Positions 55,761 to 64,000 of a stretch of DNA of 64,000 nucleotides are shown piece after piece. The first letter of the stretch is position 1. Each line of letters starts with the position of its first letter. This stretch comes from Corallococcus sp. BB11-1. GTDB taxonomy: Bacteria; Myxococcota; Myxococcia; Myxococcales; Myxococcaceae. A program made the position numbers and the translations under genes. The stretch covers positions 10,976-74,975 of the forward strand of contig NZ_JAPNJY010000032.1 of NCBI RefSeq assembly GCF_026626625.1, read 5' to 3'. The notes under the pieces were generated by a model. The model was not told the origin of the DNA, did no database searches, and saw only the letters and a list, made by a program, of their open reading frames with translations.

Positions 55761-58463
55761 CTAGTGCGCGTCCGCCCAGCTCGTGCCGGCGCCCACGTCC
55801 ACCTTGAGCGGCACCTTCAGCTCCGCGACGGAGGCCATGCACCGCACGGCCAGGGCCTTCACCGCCTCCACCTCCGCGTCCGGCGCTTCGATGAGCAGTT
55901 CGTCGTGCACCTGCAACAGCACGCGGGCCTTCAGCTTCTGCTCCCGCAGCGCCGCGTCCACGGACAGCATCGCCTTCTTCATCAGGTCCGCGGCGGTGCC
56001 CTGGATGGGCATGTTGATGGCGGCGCGCTCGGCGGCCTGGGCCACGCCCCGGTTCTTGGAGAGCAGGTCGCCCATCAGGCGGCGGCGGCCGTAGAGCGTC
56101 TCCACGTAGCCCACCTTGCGCGCCTTCTCCACGGTGTCCTCCAGGTACTGGCGGATGCCCGCGTACCGGGTGAAGTACCGCTCGATGACGTCGCGGGCGC
56201 TCTCCTGGGAGATGCCCAGCCGCGTGGACAGGCCGTGCGCGGACAGGCCGTACGCGATGCCGAAGTTCACCGTCTTCGCCACGCGGCGCTGCTCGCGGTC
56301 CACGGTCTTCGGATCCACGCTGAAGATCTCCGCCGCCGTGCGGCTGTGGATGTCCTCGTCGTCCAGGAACGCCTGGATGAGGACCGGGTCCTCCGCGATG
56401 TGGGCCAGGAGGCGCAGCTCCACCTGCGAGTAGTCCGCGCTCACCAGCTGGTGCCCCGCGTCCGCCACGAAGGCGCGGCGGATCTCCCGGCCCAGCTCCG
56501 TGCGGATGGGGATGTTCTGGAGGTTCGGGTCGGACGACGACAGCCGGCCCGTGGCGGTGGCCGCCTGGTGGTACGTCGTATGGATGCGCCCGTCCTTCGC
56601 CACCAGCGACGGCAGCGTGTCCAGGTACGTGCTCTTGAGCTTGGACAGGCCCCGGTACTCGATGAGGGCCCGCGCCAGGACGCTGCCGTGCTCCTCGGCC
56701 AGCTTCTCCAGCACCTCCTGATCCGTGGACGGGCCCGTCTTGCCGCGCTTGAGGATGGGCAGCTTCTGCTCTTCGTAGAGCACCTGCGCCAGCTGCGGGT
56801 TGGAGCCCAGGTTGAAGACGTGGCCCGCGGCCGTGTGGCACTCGGCCTCCTTCGCCTTCACCTCCACGTCCACGCGCTCGGAGATGCGGCCCAGCTCCTT
56901 CACGTCCAGCTTGACGCCCTCGCGCTCCATGCGCGCCAGGATGGGCAGCAGCGGCAATTCCAGCGTGCGCGCCAGCTCCGCGAGCCCCCCCAGCTCCAGC
57001 TCCCGCCACAGCTCCGGCGCCAGCCGGCGCGCCGCGTCCGCGCGCACCGCGTACGCCGCGGCCACCTCCTCCGGCCCGTGGTCCGACAGCGCCCGCCCCT
57101 TCTTGCCCTCCACCGACGCCGGCAGCGCGGGCAGCTCCGAGCGCAGCCGCTCCCGCGCCAGGTCCGCCAGCGCGTGCTCACGGCGCGACGGGTTGAGCAG
57201 GTAGCTCAGCAGCTCCACGTCGTCGTGCGCGCCCTCCAGCGCCAGCCCGTCGTTGGCCAGCACCAGCGTGAGCGCCTTGAGGTCATGCCCGCCCTTCTTC
57301 ACGCCCGCGTCCGCCAGCAGGTCCTTCATGGCCGCCACGAACGCGGGCACCGGCACCTGGGACGCGCCCAGCTGCTGGTGCCGCAGGGGCACGTAGCGCG
57401 TGGTGCCGTCCGGCAGCGCCACGCCCAGGCCCACCAGGGGCGCCGCGAAGGGCATGCCCTCGAAGGCGGGCACCAGCGTGACGGCCTGGGCGGCGCGCGC
57501 CGCGTCCACCAGCGACTGGAGCTCCGCCTCCGTGGTGACCACCGTGGTGGTGGCGACGAGCGGCGCCACGTCCGGACGCGGCGTCTGCTCCGCCGGCAGG
57601 TCGCGCAGCAGCGCGAAGAACTCCAGCTCCGTGAACAGATCTCTCGCGCGCGTGCCGTCCGGCGCCTTTCGCACCAGGTCGTCCAGCTTCACGCCCAGGG
57701 GCAGCGTGGTGTTGAACGTCACCAACTGCTTGGCGCGCACCAGGCTGTCGCGGTGGGACTCCAGCGCCGCGCGGATCTTCGGCTTCTTCACTTCCTCCAG
57801 CCGCGACAGCAGCGTCTCCACGTCGCCAAACTGGTGCAGCAGCTCCACCGCCGTCTTGTCGCCCACGCCGGGCACCTTGGCGACGTTGTCCACCGCGTCG
57901 CCCACCAGGGCCAGGAAGTCGCGCACCTGCCGGGGCAGGATGCCCATCTTCTCCTGCACGTCCGCGACGGCCATGCGCTTGTTCTTCTGCGGGTCGAAGA
58001 GGGTGATGTCCTCGTCGACGATCTGCATGAAGTCCTTGTCGCTGGTGACGACGAGGACCTGGAAGCCCTCGGCCTTGGCCTGCATCGCCAGCGTGCCGAT
58101 GACGTCGTCCGCCTCCCAGCCCTCCGCGTCCAGGGACGGGAGGTTGAGCACGTCGCCCACCTTGCGGATGAGCGGGAACTGGGGCGTCAAATCCTCTGGC
58201 GGCGCCTTGCGGTTCGCCTTGTACTGCGGGTCGATCTTCTGGCGCTCCACGCGCCCTGACTTGTCGAACGCCAGGGCCACGTGCGTGGGCTTCAGCTCCT
58301 GCAGGGCCTTGAGCACCATGCGGGTGAAGCCCAGCACCGCGTTGGTGGGCACCCCCTTGCTCGTCGTGAGCGGGGGGATGGCGTGGTAGGCGCGGAAGAT
58401 GAAGCCAGAGGCGTCGAAGAGGGCCAGGCGGCGCTCGGTGCGCGGGGGGCTGGTGTCGGCCAT
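55761..58463 (-). CDS. polA: DNA polymerase I
   Basis: 900 aa; 5'-3' exonuclease N-terminus (FDASGFIFRAYHA), 3'-5' exonuclease domain, polymerase motifs (DYSQVELRLLAH; QVHDELL). Confidence 0.95.
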   Translation of the reverse strand: MADTSPPRTERRLALFDASGFIFRAYHAIPPLTTSKGVPTNAVLGFTRMVLKALQELKPTHVALAFDKSGRVERQKIDPQYKANRKAPPEDLTPQFPLIRKVGDVLNLPSLDAEGWEADDVIGTLAMQAKAEGFQVLVVTSDKDFMQIVDEDITLFDPQKNKRMAVADVQEKMGILPRQVRDFLALVGDAVDNVAKVPGVGDKTAVELLHQFGDVETLLSRLEEVKKPKIRAALESHRDSLVRAKQLVTFNTTLPLGVKLDDLVRKAPDGTRARDLFTELEFFALLRDLPAEQTPRPDVAPLVATTTVVTTEAELQSLVDAARAAQAVTLVPAFEGMPFAAPLVGLGVALPDGTTRYVPLRHQQLGASQVPVPAFVAAMKDLLADAGVKKGGHDLKALTLVLANDGLALEGAHDDVELLSYLLNPSRREHALADLARERLRSELPALPASVEGKKGRALSDHGPEEVAAAYAVRADAARRLAPELWRELELGGLAELARTLELPLLPILARMEREGVKLDVKELGRISERVDVEVKAKEAECHTAAGHVFNLGSNPQLAQVLYEEQKLPILKRGKTGPSTDQEVLEKLAEEHGSVLARALIEYRGLSKLKSTYLDTLPSLVAKDGRIHTTYHQAATATGRLSSSDPNLQNIPIRTELGREIRRAFVADAGHQLVSADYSQVELRLLAHIAEDPVLIQAFLDDEDIHSRTAAEIFSVDPKTVDREQRRVAKTVNFGIAYGLSAHGLSTRLGISQESARDVIERYFTRYAGIRQYLEDTVEKARKVGYVETLYGRRRLMGDLLSKNRGVAQAAERAAINMPIQGTAADLMKKAMLSVDAALREQKLKARVLLQVHDELLIEAPDAEVEAVKALAVRCMASVAELKVPLKVDVGAGTSWADAH

Positions 58464-58522
58464 CCCCCGTGCCTAGCGCGCCTCCCGCTCCCTGTCCACG
58501 AAGCCCCTCGCGGGGGCTCCGC

Positions 58523-60727
58523 TCAACGGCACTTCAGCTCCTGCTTCTTCGCCGCCACCAGCTCCGCGATGCCGTCACCCGGCACCGCGTAGTCCTCCAC
58601 CGCGCTCAGGTCCGGGCAGCCCGCCGCGTTGTTGAGCACCTGCTGCGCGAGCGTCGAACAGTAGGCCACCGTGCGGTTGAGGTCCGTGTTGCCCTTGTAG
58701 AAGTCGAAGCCCAGCTTCCAGATGCGGCAGCCGCGGCGCTTGTCGTCGCGATCCGCGAAGTGCTTGCCGCGCAGGTACGACGCCGCCGCCATGTCCTGGA
58801 GGATGTTCTTCCGGTAGAACGACAGGTGCGTCTCCGCCAGTTCGCCCATCAGGCGCTTGTCCGTCGCCAGCGCTTCCTTGAAGGGCTCCACCGCGCGCTC
58901 CGGGTCCTCGCGCGTGAGCGCGCTCTCGCCCGCTTTGAAGAGCTGGTCCACGTTGGACACGTCCCGCATCAGCTCGTCCGCCGGGGCGTGGTACTGCGCG
59001 GAGTCCACCTTCGAGCGCAGCTTCTGCAACGTCGCCAGCGACTCGCTGCCGCGCCCCGCCCAGTAGTCCATCATCGCCGCCTGCATCAGCTTCGCGCTGT
59101 AGCGGCTGTTCATCATGTTGCGCACCTGGCTGGCCTGATCCGGCCCGGACTCGTCCTCCGCCAGGATGTCCGACACCGGGCACGTCCACGGCGCCGCGTT
59201 GCGATCCAGCTTGAGGCGGGCCACCAGGAACTTCACGAACATGGCGTCCTTGGGGCGCCACTCGTTGCGCCGCAGCGCGCCCTCCAGGCGCAGCGTCTGG
59301 CCCAGCGGCGGCGACAGCTCCTCCCGGTTCTGCTTCTGGCACCACACTTCCATGTAGTCCTGGCAGCGGGGCACCGCGGCGCTCCACTGCGAGTTGCCCA
59401 GGTAGCGCTTGCAGTCGTCCTTCGCGCGCGACACGAAGCGGTCCGCGGACTCGCGCGCCTTCGCGCGGGCGCGGCGGAAGTACTCGCTCTCCTTCGGAAT
59501 CTTGCGCAGCGCGATGAGGGCGTCCTTCTCGCGGTTCAGCTCCACGGACTTCTTCGCGAACTCCAGGTTCTCGAAGGCCTCCCGCTCCAGCTTGATGCGC
59601 CGGATGAGGGTGTTCGCCTCCGCGTTGATGGGGTCCTGGTCCAGCGCCTTCTCACAGGCCGTCTCGGCCCGGGCCCAGTCCGGCTGCCCCATCTCGTTGG
59701 ACGCGTACGTGCGACACTCGCTGAGCAGCTCCTGCACCTGCTGCGCGGGATCATTCACCGCGGCCTGGGTGGGCGGCGGCGGGGGCGCCACGAGGGTCCC
59801 CTTCACGACCGCCACCACCGCCAGGAGCGCCATCGCGCCTCCGGCCACCACCAGCATCGTGCGCCGGTTGTTGCTCACCTCCGGCTGGCCCCGGCCTCCT
59901 CCGCGCCGCGCGGGGATGCCCGAGCCCGGACGCCGCGAGGGCGTGTCGGAGGCCTCGTAGGCCATCTCCACCACGCCGAACTGGAGGACGTCGCCCGCCT
60001 GGAGTTCGACGAACTCCTGCCCCAGCAGCTCGCCGTTGAGCAGCGTGCCGTTCGCGCTGCCCAGGTCGCGGGCGCGCGCGACGTTGCCCGCGAGTTCGAC
60101 CTCCGCGTGCTTGCGGCTCACCGAGTCGTCGTCGAGCAGCACCACCGCCGGCGGCGCACGGCCCACCAGCACCACCCCGTTGAGGGGGTAGGACCTGCCG
60201 GCCCACGGCCCCGTCATGCCCTTGAGCACCGGCCCCGAACCCGGCCCCGCGGGCGTGCTCAGGGCCCGCGAGGGCCGCTTCGCCAGCGCCGCGCCAGGGG
60301 GCTTCGCGGCCCCGTTCGCGGTGGCCCTGGCCCGGATGCTGGGCATGGCGCGCGTGCCCCGCACGGGGACGTCCGCGAGCGCCGGAGGCTCCTCGTCCAC
60401 CGCGGTGTCCACCGCGGCCTTGCGCCCGCTGGAGCGCTTCGCGCCGCCCTTGAGCTTCAGCTCGTAGTCGCCCAGCAGCACCTGCGAGCCGGGCATCAGC
60501 GCCGTGGGGCCGTCGATGCGCTGTCCGTCGATGAAGGTGCCGTTCTGGCTGCCGCCATCCTCGACGTAGACCGTGCCGCCCTCCACGTAGATGCGCGCGT
60601 GCTGCCGCGACACGCCGCCCTCCGTGAGGACGAGGTCATTGCCCTGCTGGCGGCCAATCTTCAGCTCGCCAGCGATTTCGTGCTCGTGCTCAGTGCCGTC
60701 GGGGTGACGGACGACCAGGATTGCCAT
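58523..60727 (-). CDS. double-FHA-domain membrane protein with periplasmic TPR-like domain (Tad/Kil-locus associated)
   Basis: Two FHA domains (GRQQGNDLVL..VSRQHARI; GRAPPAVVLLDDDSVSRKHAEV); TM helix MLVVAGGAMALLAVVAVV; C-terminal helical repeat domain. Confidence 0.75.
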   Translation of the reverse strand: MAILVVRHPDGTEHEHEIAGELKIGRQQGNDLVLTEGGVSRQHARIYVEGGTVYVEDGGSQNGTFIDGQRIDGPTALMPGSQVLLGDYELKLKGGAKRSSGRKAAVDTAVDEEPPALADVPVRGTRAMPSIRARATANGAAKPPGAALAKRPSRALSTPAGPGSGPVLKGMTGPWAGRSYPLNGVVLVGRAPPAVVLLDDDSVSRKHAEVELAGNVARARDLGSANGTLLNGELLGQEFVELQAGDVLQFGVVEMAYEASDTPSRRPGSGIPARRGGGRGQPEVSNNRRTMLVVAGGAMALLAVVAVVKGTLVAPPPPPTQAAVNDPAQQVQELLSECRTYASNEMGQPDWARAETACEKALDQDPINAEANTLIRRIKLEREAFENLEFAKKSVELNREKDALIALRKIPKESEYFRRARAKARESADRFVSRAKDDCKRYLGNSQWSAAVPRCQDYMEVWCQKQNREELSPPLGQTLRLEGALRRNEWRPKDAMFVKFLVARLKLDRNAAPWTCPVSDILAEDESGPDQASQVRNMMNSRYSAKLMQAAMMDYWAGRGSESLATLQKLRSKVDSAQYHAPADELMRDVSNVDQLFKAGESALTREDPERAVEPFKEALATDKRLMGELAETHLSFYRKNILQDMAAASYLRGKHFADRDDKRRGCRIWKLGFDFYKGNTDLNRTVAYCSTLAQQVLNNAAGCPDLSAVEDYAVPGDGIAELVAAKKQELKCR

Positions 60728-60734
60728 GGGCGCG

Positions 60735-62504
60735 TCAGTCCTCGCGGAAGATGCTCATGTTCACCGGAAGGCCCTTGCGCTGAAGTTCGTCATAGAACTT
60801 CGGCACGAAGCCCGAAGCCACGTAGCGCCCGCGCACCTTGTGGTCTTCGGTGAAGCCATCCTGCTTGTAATAGAAGATGTCCTGCAGGGTCACGATGTCG
60901 ACCTCCATGCCGGACACCTCCGTGATGTAGCAAATCTTGCGAGAGCCGTCGGAGAAGCGCGTCTGCTGCACGATGAGGTGCACGGCGCTGGCGATCTGCT
61001 CGCGGATGGCCTTCACCGGCAGCTCCATGCCGGACATGAGCACCATCGTCTCCAGCCGCGCGATGGCGTCACGCGGCGTGTTCGCGTGCAGCGTGGTGAG
61101 CGAACCGTCGTGGCCCGTATTCATCGCCTGGAGCATGTCCAGCGTCTCGCCGGAGCGGCACTCGCCCACGACGATGCGGTCGGGCCGCATGCGCAGGCAG
61201 TTCTTCACCAGTTCGCGGATGGTGATGGCGCCCTTGCCTTCCAGGTTGGGCGGGCGGCTCTCCAACTGCACCCAGTGGTCCTGCGGAAGCTGCAGCTCCG
61301 CGGCGTCCTCCACCGTGATGATGCGCTCGCCCTCCGGGATGAAGGAGCTGATGATGTTCAGCGTCGTCGTCTTGCCGGAGCCGGTGCCGCCGGAGATGAC
61401 GATGTTGCGACGCGCCGTCACGCACATCTCCAGGAACTCCGCCATCTGCGCGGTGACGGTCTTGTACTTGATGAGATCCTGGATCTTCAGCGCGTCCTTC
61501 TTGAACTTGCGGATGGTGATGCAGGGGCCCTTGAGGGCCAGCGGCGGGATGATGGCGTTGACGCGGCTGCCGTCCTTCAAGCGCGCGTCCACCAGCGGGC
61601 TGGACTCGTCGATGCGCCGGCCAATGGGCGCCACGATGCGCTCGATGACGCCGAGCACCGCCTGGTTGGAGGAGAAGGTCTTCTCCGACAGCGTCAGCTT
61701 GCCCCGCCGCTCGATGTAGATCTGGTTGGCGTGGTTCACCATGATCTCGCTGATCTCCTCCGACGCGAGGAACGCTTCGAGGGGCCCCAGGCCCAGCGCC
61801 TCGTTGATGACGTCGGTGAGCAGCTCCTCGCGGTCCACGTCCGTGGGCAGCTCTCCGTCCGCTTCCATCTGGTCGATGATGTCGCGGATGGCCTTCTCGG
61901 TGCGGCGCCACAGCTCCTCGTCCCCGAGCCGGTCCATGTCCATGCGACGCAGGTCCAGGTACTCGATGAGCCGGTCGTGGATCTCCTTCTGCAGGCGCGA
62001 GTAGCGCTCCAGCCGGGGGTCCACCTTCTTCTTGTTCTTCGCCATGGCCGCGGCCATGGACGCGGGCATGCGGCTGGGCGCGGCGGGAGCCGGAGCCTCC
62101 TCCTCCTCCTCGTAGGGCTCCTCCTCCTCGTAGGCCTCTTCCTCCTCGTAGGGCTCCTCGCCCTGCTCGTCGTCGTAGGCCTCTTCGCCCTGCGCGTCGT
62201 CCTGAGGCGCGTCCTCCAGCGCTTCGACGTTGAGGATGTAGTCTCCAATGGAGACCTGGTCCGTGGGCTTCAGCACCATGGGCCCGGCAATCTTCTTGCC
62301 GTTCACGAAGGTGCCATTCGTGGACTTCATGTCCACGATGATGAAGCGACCGTCCTTCTCGACGATGCGGGAGTGGTACTTGGAGACATTCCCCTTCGCC
62401 AGAACGATGTCATTGCCGGCGAGCCGGCCAATGGTGACCTCGTTCTTGGGGTATTCCCGCTGCTCCGTCCCGCCGCCCTTCTCCGCCAGGGTGATGAGAA
62501 ACAT
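60735..62504 (-). CDS. FHA-domain fused CpaF/TadA-type secretion ATPase
   Basis: N-terminal FHA (IGRLAGNDIVL..VSKYHSRIV); acidic EEEAYEEEEPYEEEE linker; CpaF ATPase with Walker A (GGTGSGKTT), Asp box, Walker B and His box. Confidence 0.85.
   Translation of the reverse strand: MFLITLAEKGGGTEQREYPKNEVTIGRLAGNDIVLAKGNVSKYHSRIVEKDGRFIIVDMKSTNGTFVNGKKIAGPMVLKPTDQVSIGDYILNVEALEDAPQDDAQGEEAYDDEQGEEPYEEEEAYEEEEPYEEEEEAPAPAAPSRMPASMAAAMAKNKKKVDPRLERYSRLQKEIHDRLIEYLDLRRMDMDRLGDEELWRRTEKAIRDIIDQMEADGELPTDVDREELLTDVINEALGLGPLEAFLASEEISEIMVNHANQIYIERRGKLTLSEKTFSSNQAVLGVIERIVAPIGRRIDESSPLVDARLKDGSRVNAIIPPLALKGPCITIRKFKKDALKIQDLIKYKTVTAQMAEFLEMCVTARRNIVISGGTGSGKTTTLNIISSFIPEGERIITVEDAAELQLPQDHWVQLESRPPNLEGKGAITIRELVKNCLRMRPDRIVVGECRSGETLDMLQAMNTGHDGSLTTLHANTPRDAIARLETMVLMSGMELPVKAIREQIASAVHLIVQQTRFSDGSRKICYITEVSGMEVDIVTLQDIFYYKQDGFTEDHKVRGRYVASGFVPKFYDELQRKGLPVNMSIFRED
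62095..62160. repeat. about 24-nt tandem repeat x3 (ctcctcctcctcgtagggc) encoding acidic EEEEPYEEEEAY linker
   Basis: Direct repeats visible on the plus strand within the FHA-CpaF gene. Confidence 0.6.
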
Positions 62505-62669
62505 GGGTCGGGATGCTACCAAGCCCTCCTGCCACCTCAAAGACTCCTGCGCACGCGCTCGCCTGCCCGCAAGCTCTCGGGCCGGCACCCTCCCCCCTTC
62601 TGGAGGGGAGCGGGGCCGGCCCGGAGGACACGCGCCAGTCGCTGTCGGGGCCCGTGACGGGCGCCCGCG

Positions 62670-64000
62670 TCAGTCGAAGATGTTGAAGTTCACCTCGGAG
62701 CGGGCCTGCTTGTAGCGGGTCTTCACGTCCTCGATGATGCTGCGGACCTTGTCGGAGTCCGGGTTCACGATGCGCGGGGTGACGAAGATCACCAGCTCGC
62801 GCTTGGTGGAGTCGAACGCGCGGTTCTTGAACAGCTCGCCCACGATGGGGATGTTGCCCAGGCCCGGCAGCTTCGCGACGGCCTTCTGCTCGTCGTGGCT
62901 GAACACGCCCGACAGCACGATGGTCTCACCGTGGCGCACGGTGACGTTCGTCTTCACCTTGCGGGTGCGGAAGCCGGGGATGGCGGACGAACCACCGAAG
63001 GACACCGACACGGACGTGTCGATTTCAGAGGCCTCCGCCTCCACCTCCGTCTGGATGTTGCCGTTGCGGTCCGCGGTGGGGCGGATGTTCAGGATGACGC
63101 CGTAGGGCTTGTACTCCACCGTGAACTGCGTGTTGGTGATGAGCGGGATGGGCACCTCGCCGCCGGCCAGGAACTCCGCCTTCTCACCGCTCGCGCACAC
63201 CAGCTTGGGCTGCGCCAGCAGGCGGCCGTAACCGTCGTTGGCCTGGAAGCCGATGGACAGGTCCGACCCGCCCGTCGCGCCCAGGATGAGGTTGGAGGCC
63301 GCGTCACCCGACGGGATGAGCGCCTTGGTGAGGTTCGCCGTCGCGCTGAGCGTGCCGGTGATGTCGGTGGGGTACTTGATGCCGTAGCGGTCGCGGCTGT
63401 TGCGGCGGATTTCGACGAACTGCACCTCGGAGAGGATCATCCGCTTGATGCCGACGACGAGCAGGTTCTCCACCTTCTCGCCAATGGCCTTGGTGATGAG
63501 CTCCGCCTTCTGCAGGTCCTGCTGGCTCTCCACGGAGCCCTCCAGGAAGATGGTCGCGCCCACCACGTTGGCCTGCACGTTCTTCAGGCCCGCCTTCTGG
63601 AAGGCCGCGTTCAGGTTCTGCGCGACGAGCTTCTTGGCGTTGGGGGCGATCTTCACGAACGACTTCACGTTCGGGTAGAGGCTCACCACCTGCTCGATGC
63701 GGTCCGCGTCCTGCGTGGTGTAGGCCTGACCGTCCAGGTAGATGCGATCACCCACCATGCGGACGGAGACGCCTTCGATTTCGCCCAGCAGGCGCTTGAT
63801 TTCGGAGATGACCTCGTTGGGGTCCTGCTTGCGGACCGTCACCAGGTAGCTGATGCGCTGCCCCGACGACTTCCAGACGAGCAGCGTCGTCTTGCCTTCC
63901 GTCTGGCCGGTGACGAGCAGCTGCCCGGTGCCCAGCGTCTTCACCTCGGCGATGGACGGGTCGCCCAGCGCGACGCGGCTCAGGCCGGGGATGGTGAGGA
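62670..64000 (-). CDS. CpaC/RcpA-type secretin (Tad/Kil-like), 5'-partial at the window edge
   Basis: C-terminal secretin domain (ETIVLSGVF..KLPGLGNIPIVGELFKNRAFDSTKRELVIFVTPRIV). The reading frame stays open to position 64000, so the N-terminus lies outside the window. Confidence 0.8.
   Translation of the reverse strand, partial: LTIPGLSRVALGDPSIAEVKTLGTGQLLVTGQTEGKTTLLVWKSSGQRISYLVTVRKQDPNEVISEIKRLLGEIEGVSVRMVGDRIYLDGQAYTTQDADRIEQVVSLYPNVKSFVKIAPNAKKLVAQNLNAAFQKAGLKNVQANVVGATIFLEGSVESQQDLQKAELITKAIGEKVENLLVVGIKRMILSEVQFVEIRRNSRDRYGIKYPTDITGTLSATANLTKALIPSGDAASNLILGATGGSDLSIGFQANDGYGRLLAQPKLVCASGEKAEFLAGGEVPIPLITNTQFTVEYKPYGVILNIRPTADRNGNIQTEVEAEASEIDTSVSVSFGGSSAIPGFRTRKVKTNVTVRHGETIVLSGVFSHDEQKAVAKLPGLGNIPIVGELFKNRAFDSTKRELVIFVTPRIVNPDSDKVRSIIEDVKTRYKQARSEVNFNIFD

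Noticed and set aside
55542-60853. 905-aa and 794-aa plus-strand ORFs (55542..58259, 58469..60853) antisense to polA and the FHA/TPR gene; also 60726..62657 (+) antisense to the FHA-CpaF gene
   Set aside because: polA, FHA and CpaF motifs are unambiguous on the minus strand. The plus-strand translations are repetitive R/H/L/G strings.
1-64000. CRISPR arrays, tRNA/rRNA genes, IS elements or integrases
   Set aside because: No direct-repeat/spacer arrays, no cloverleaf-like or rRNA-like stretches, and no transposase or integrase motifs (DDE, tyrosine recombinase RxxR..HxxR..Y) were seen in any frame.

Overview
High-GC (about 70%) myxobacterial chromosomal window; a MYXO-CTERM sorting tag, a Tad/Kil-like locus and the codon usage all point to Myxococcaceae. 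It is densely coding on both strands, with many long spurious antisense ORFs typical of GC-rich DNA. The main feature is an aromatic (type II) polyketide synthase gene cluster. Its co-directional core (9509..14528) is a TcmN-like aromatase/cyclase didomain, an ActIII-type ketoreductase, KS-alpha, KS-beta/CLF, an ACP and a dedicated AcpS-type PPTase. A sensor-kinase/FixJ-type regulator pair (6529..9356) sits directly upstream on the same strand. A divergent block holds four paralogous tandem-ABM monooxygenase-like genes, an SDR and a membrane protein (2659..6344). The cluster is flanked by a PhzF-family gene, and 2.6 kb further by a P450 followed by an internally deleted ABM pseudogene. Other notable items: a bacterial major vault protein (MVP) homologue in a minus-strand array with a DAGT-repeat lipoprotein and a MYXO-CTERM metalloprotease; a Macro plus nucleoside-2-deoxyribosyltransferase-like fusion protein divergent from a tandem cNMP-binding protein; an orphan MbtH-like gene; a phenylalanine-hydroxylase homologue with a long C-terminal extension next to a LysR regulator; a decayed region holding DUF488 and UvrD-helicase gene fragments; and at the 3' end DNA polymerase I followed by a Kil/Tad-like pilus-type locus (FHA/TPR protein, FHA-CpaF ATPase, secretin running off the window). 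No rRNA, tRNA or CRISPR arrays were recognised. All calls rest on motif and domain recognition by eye, without database searches.
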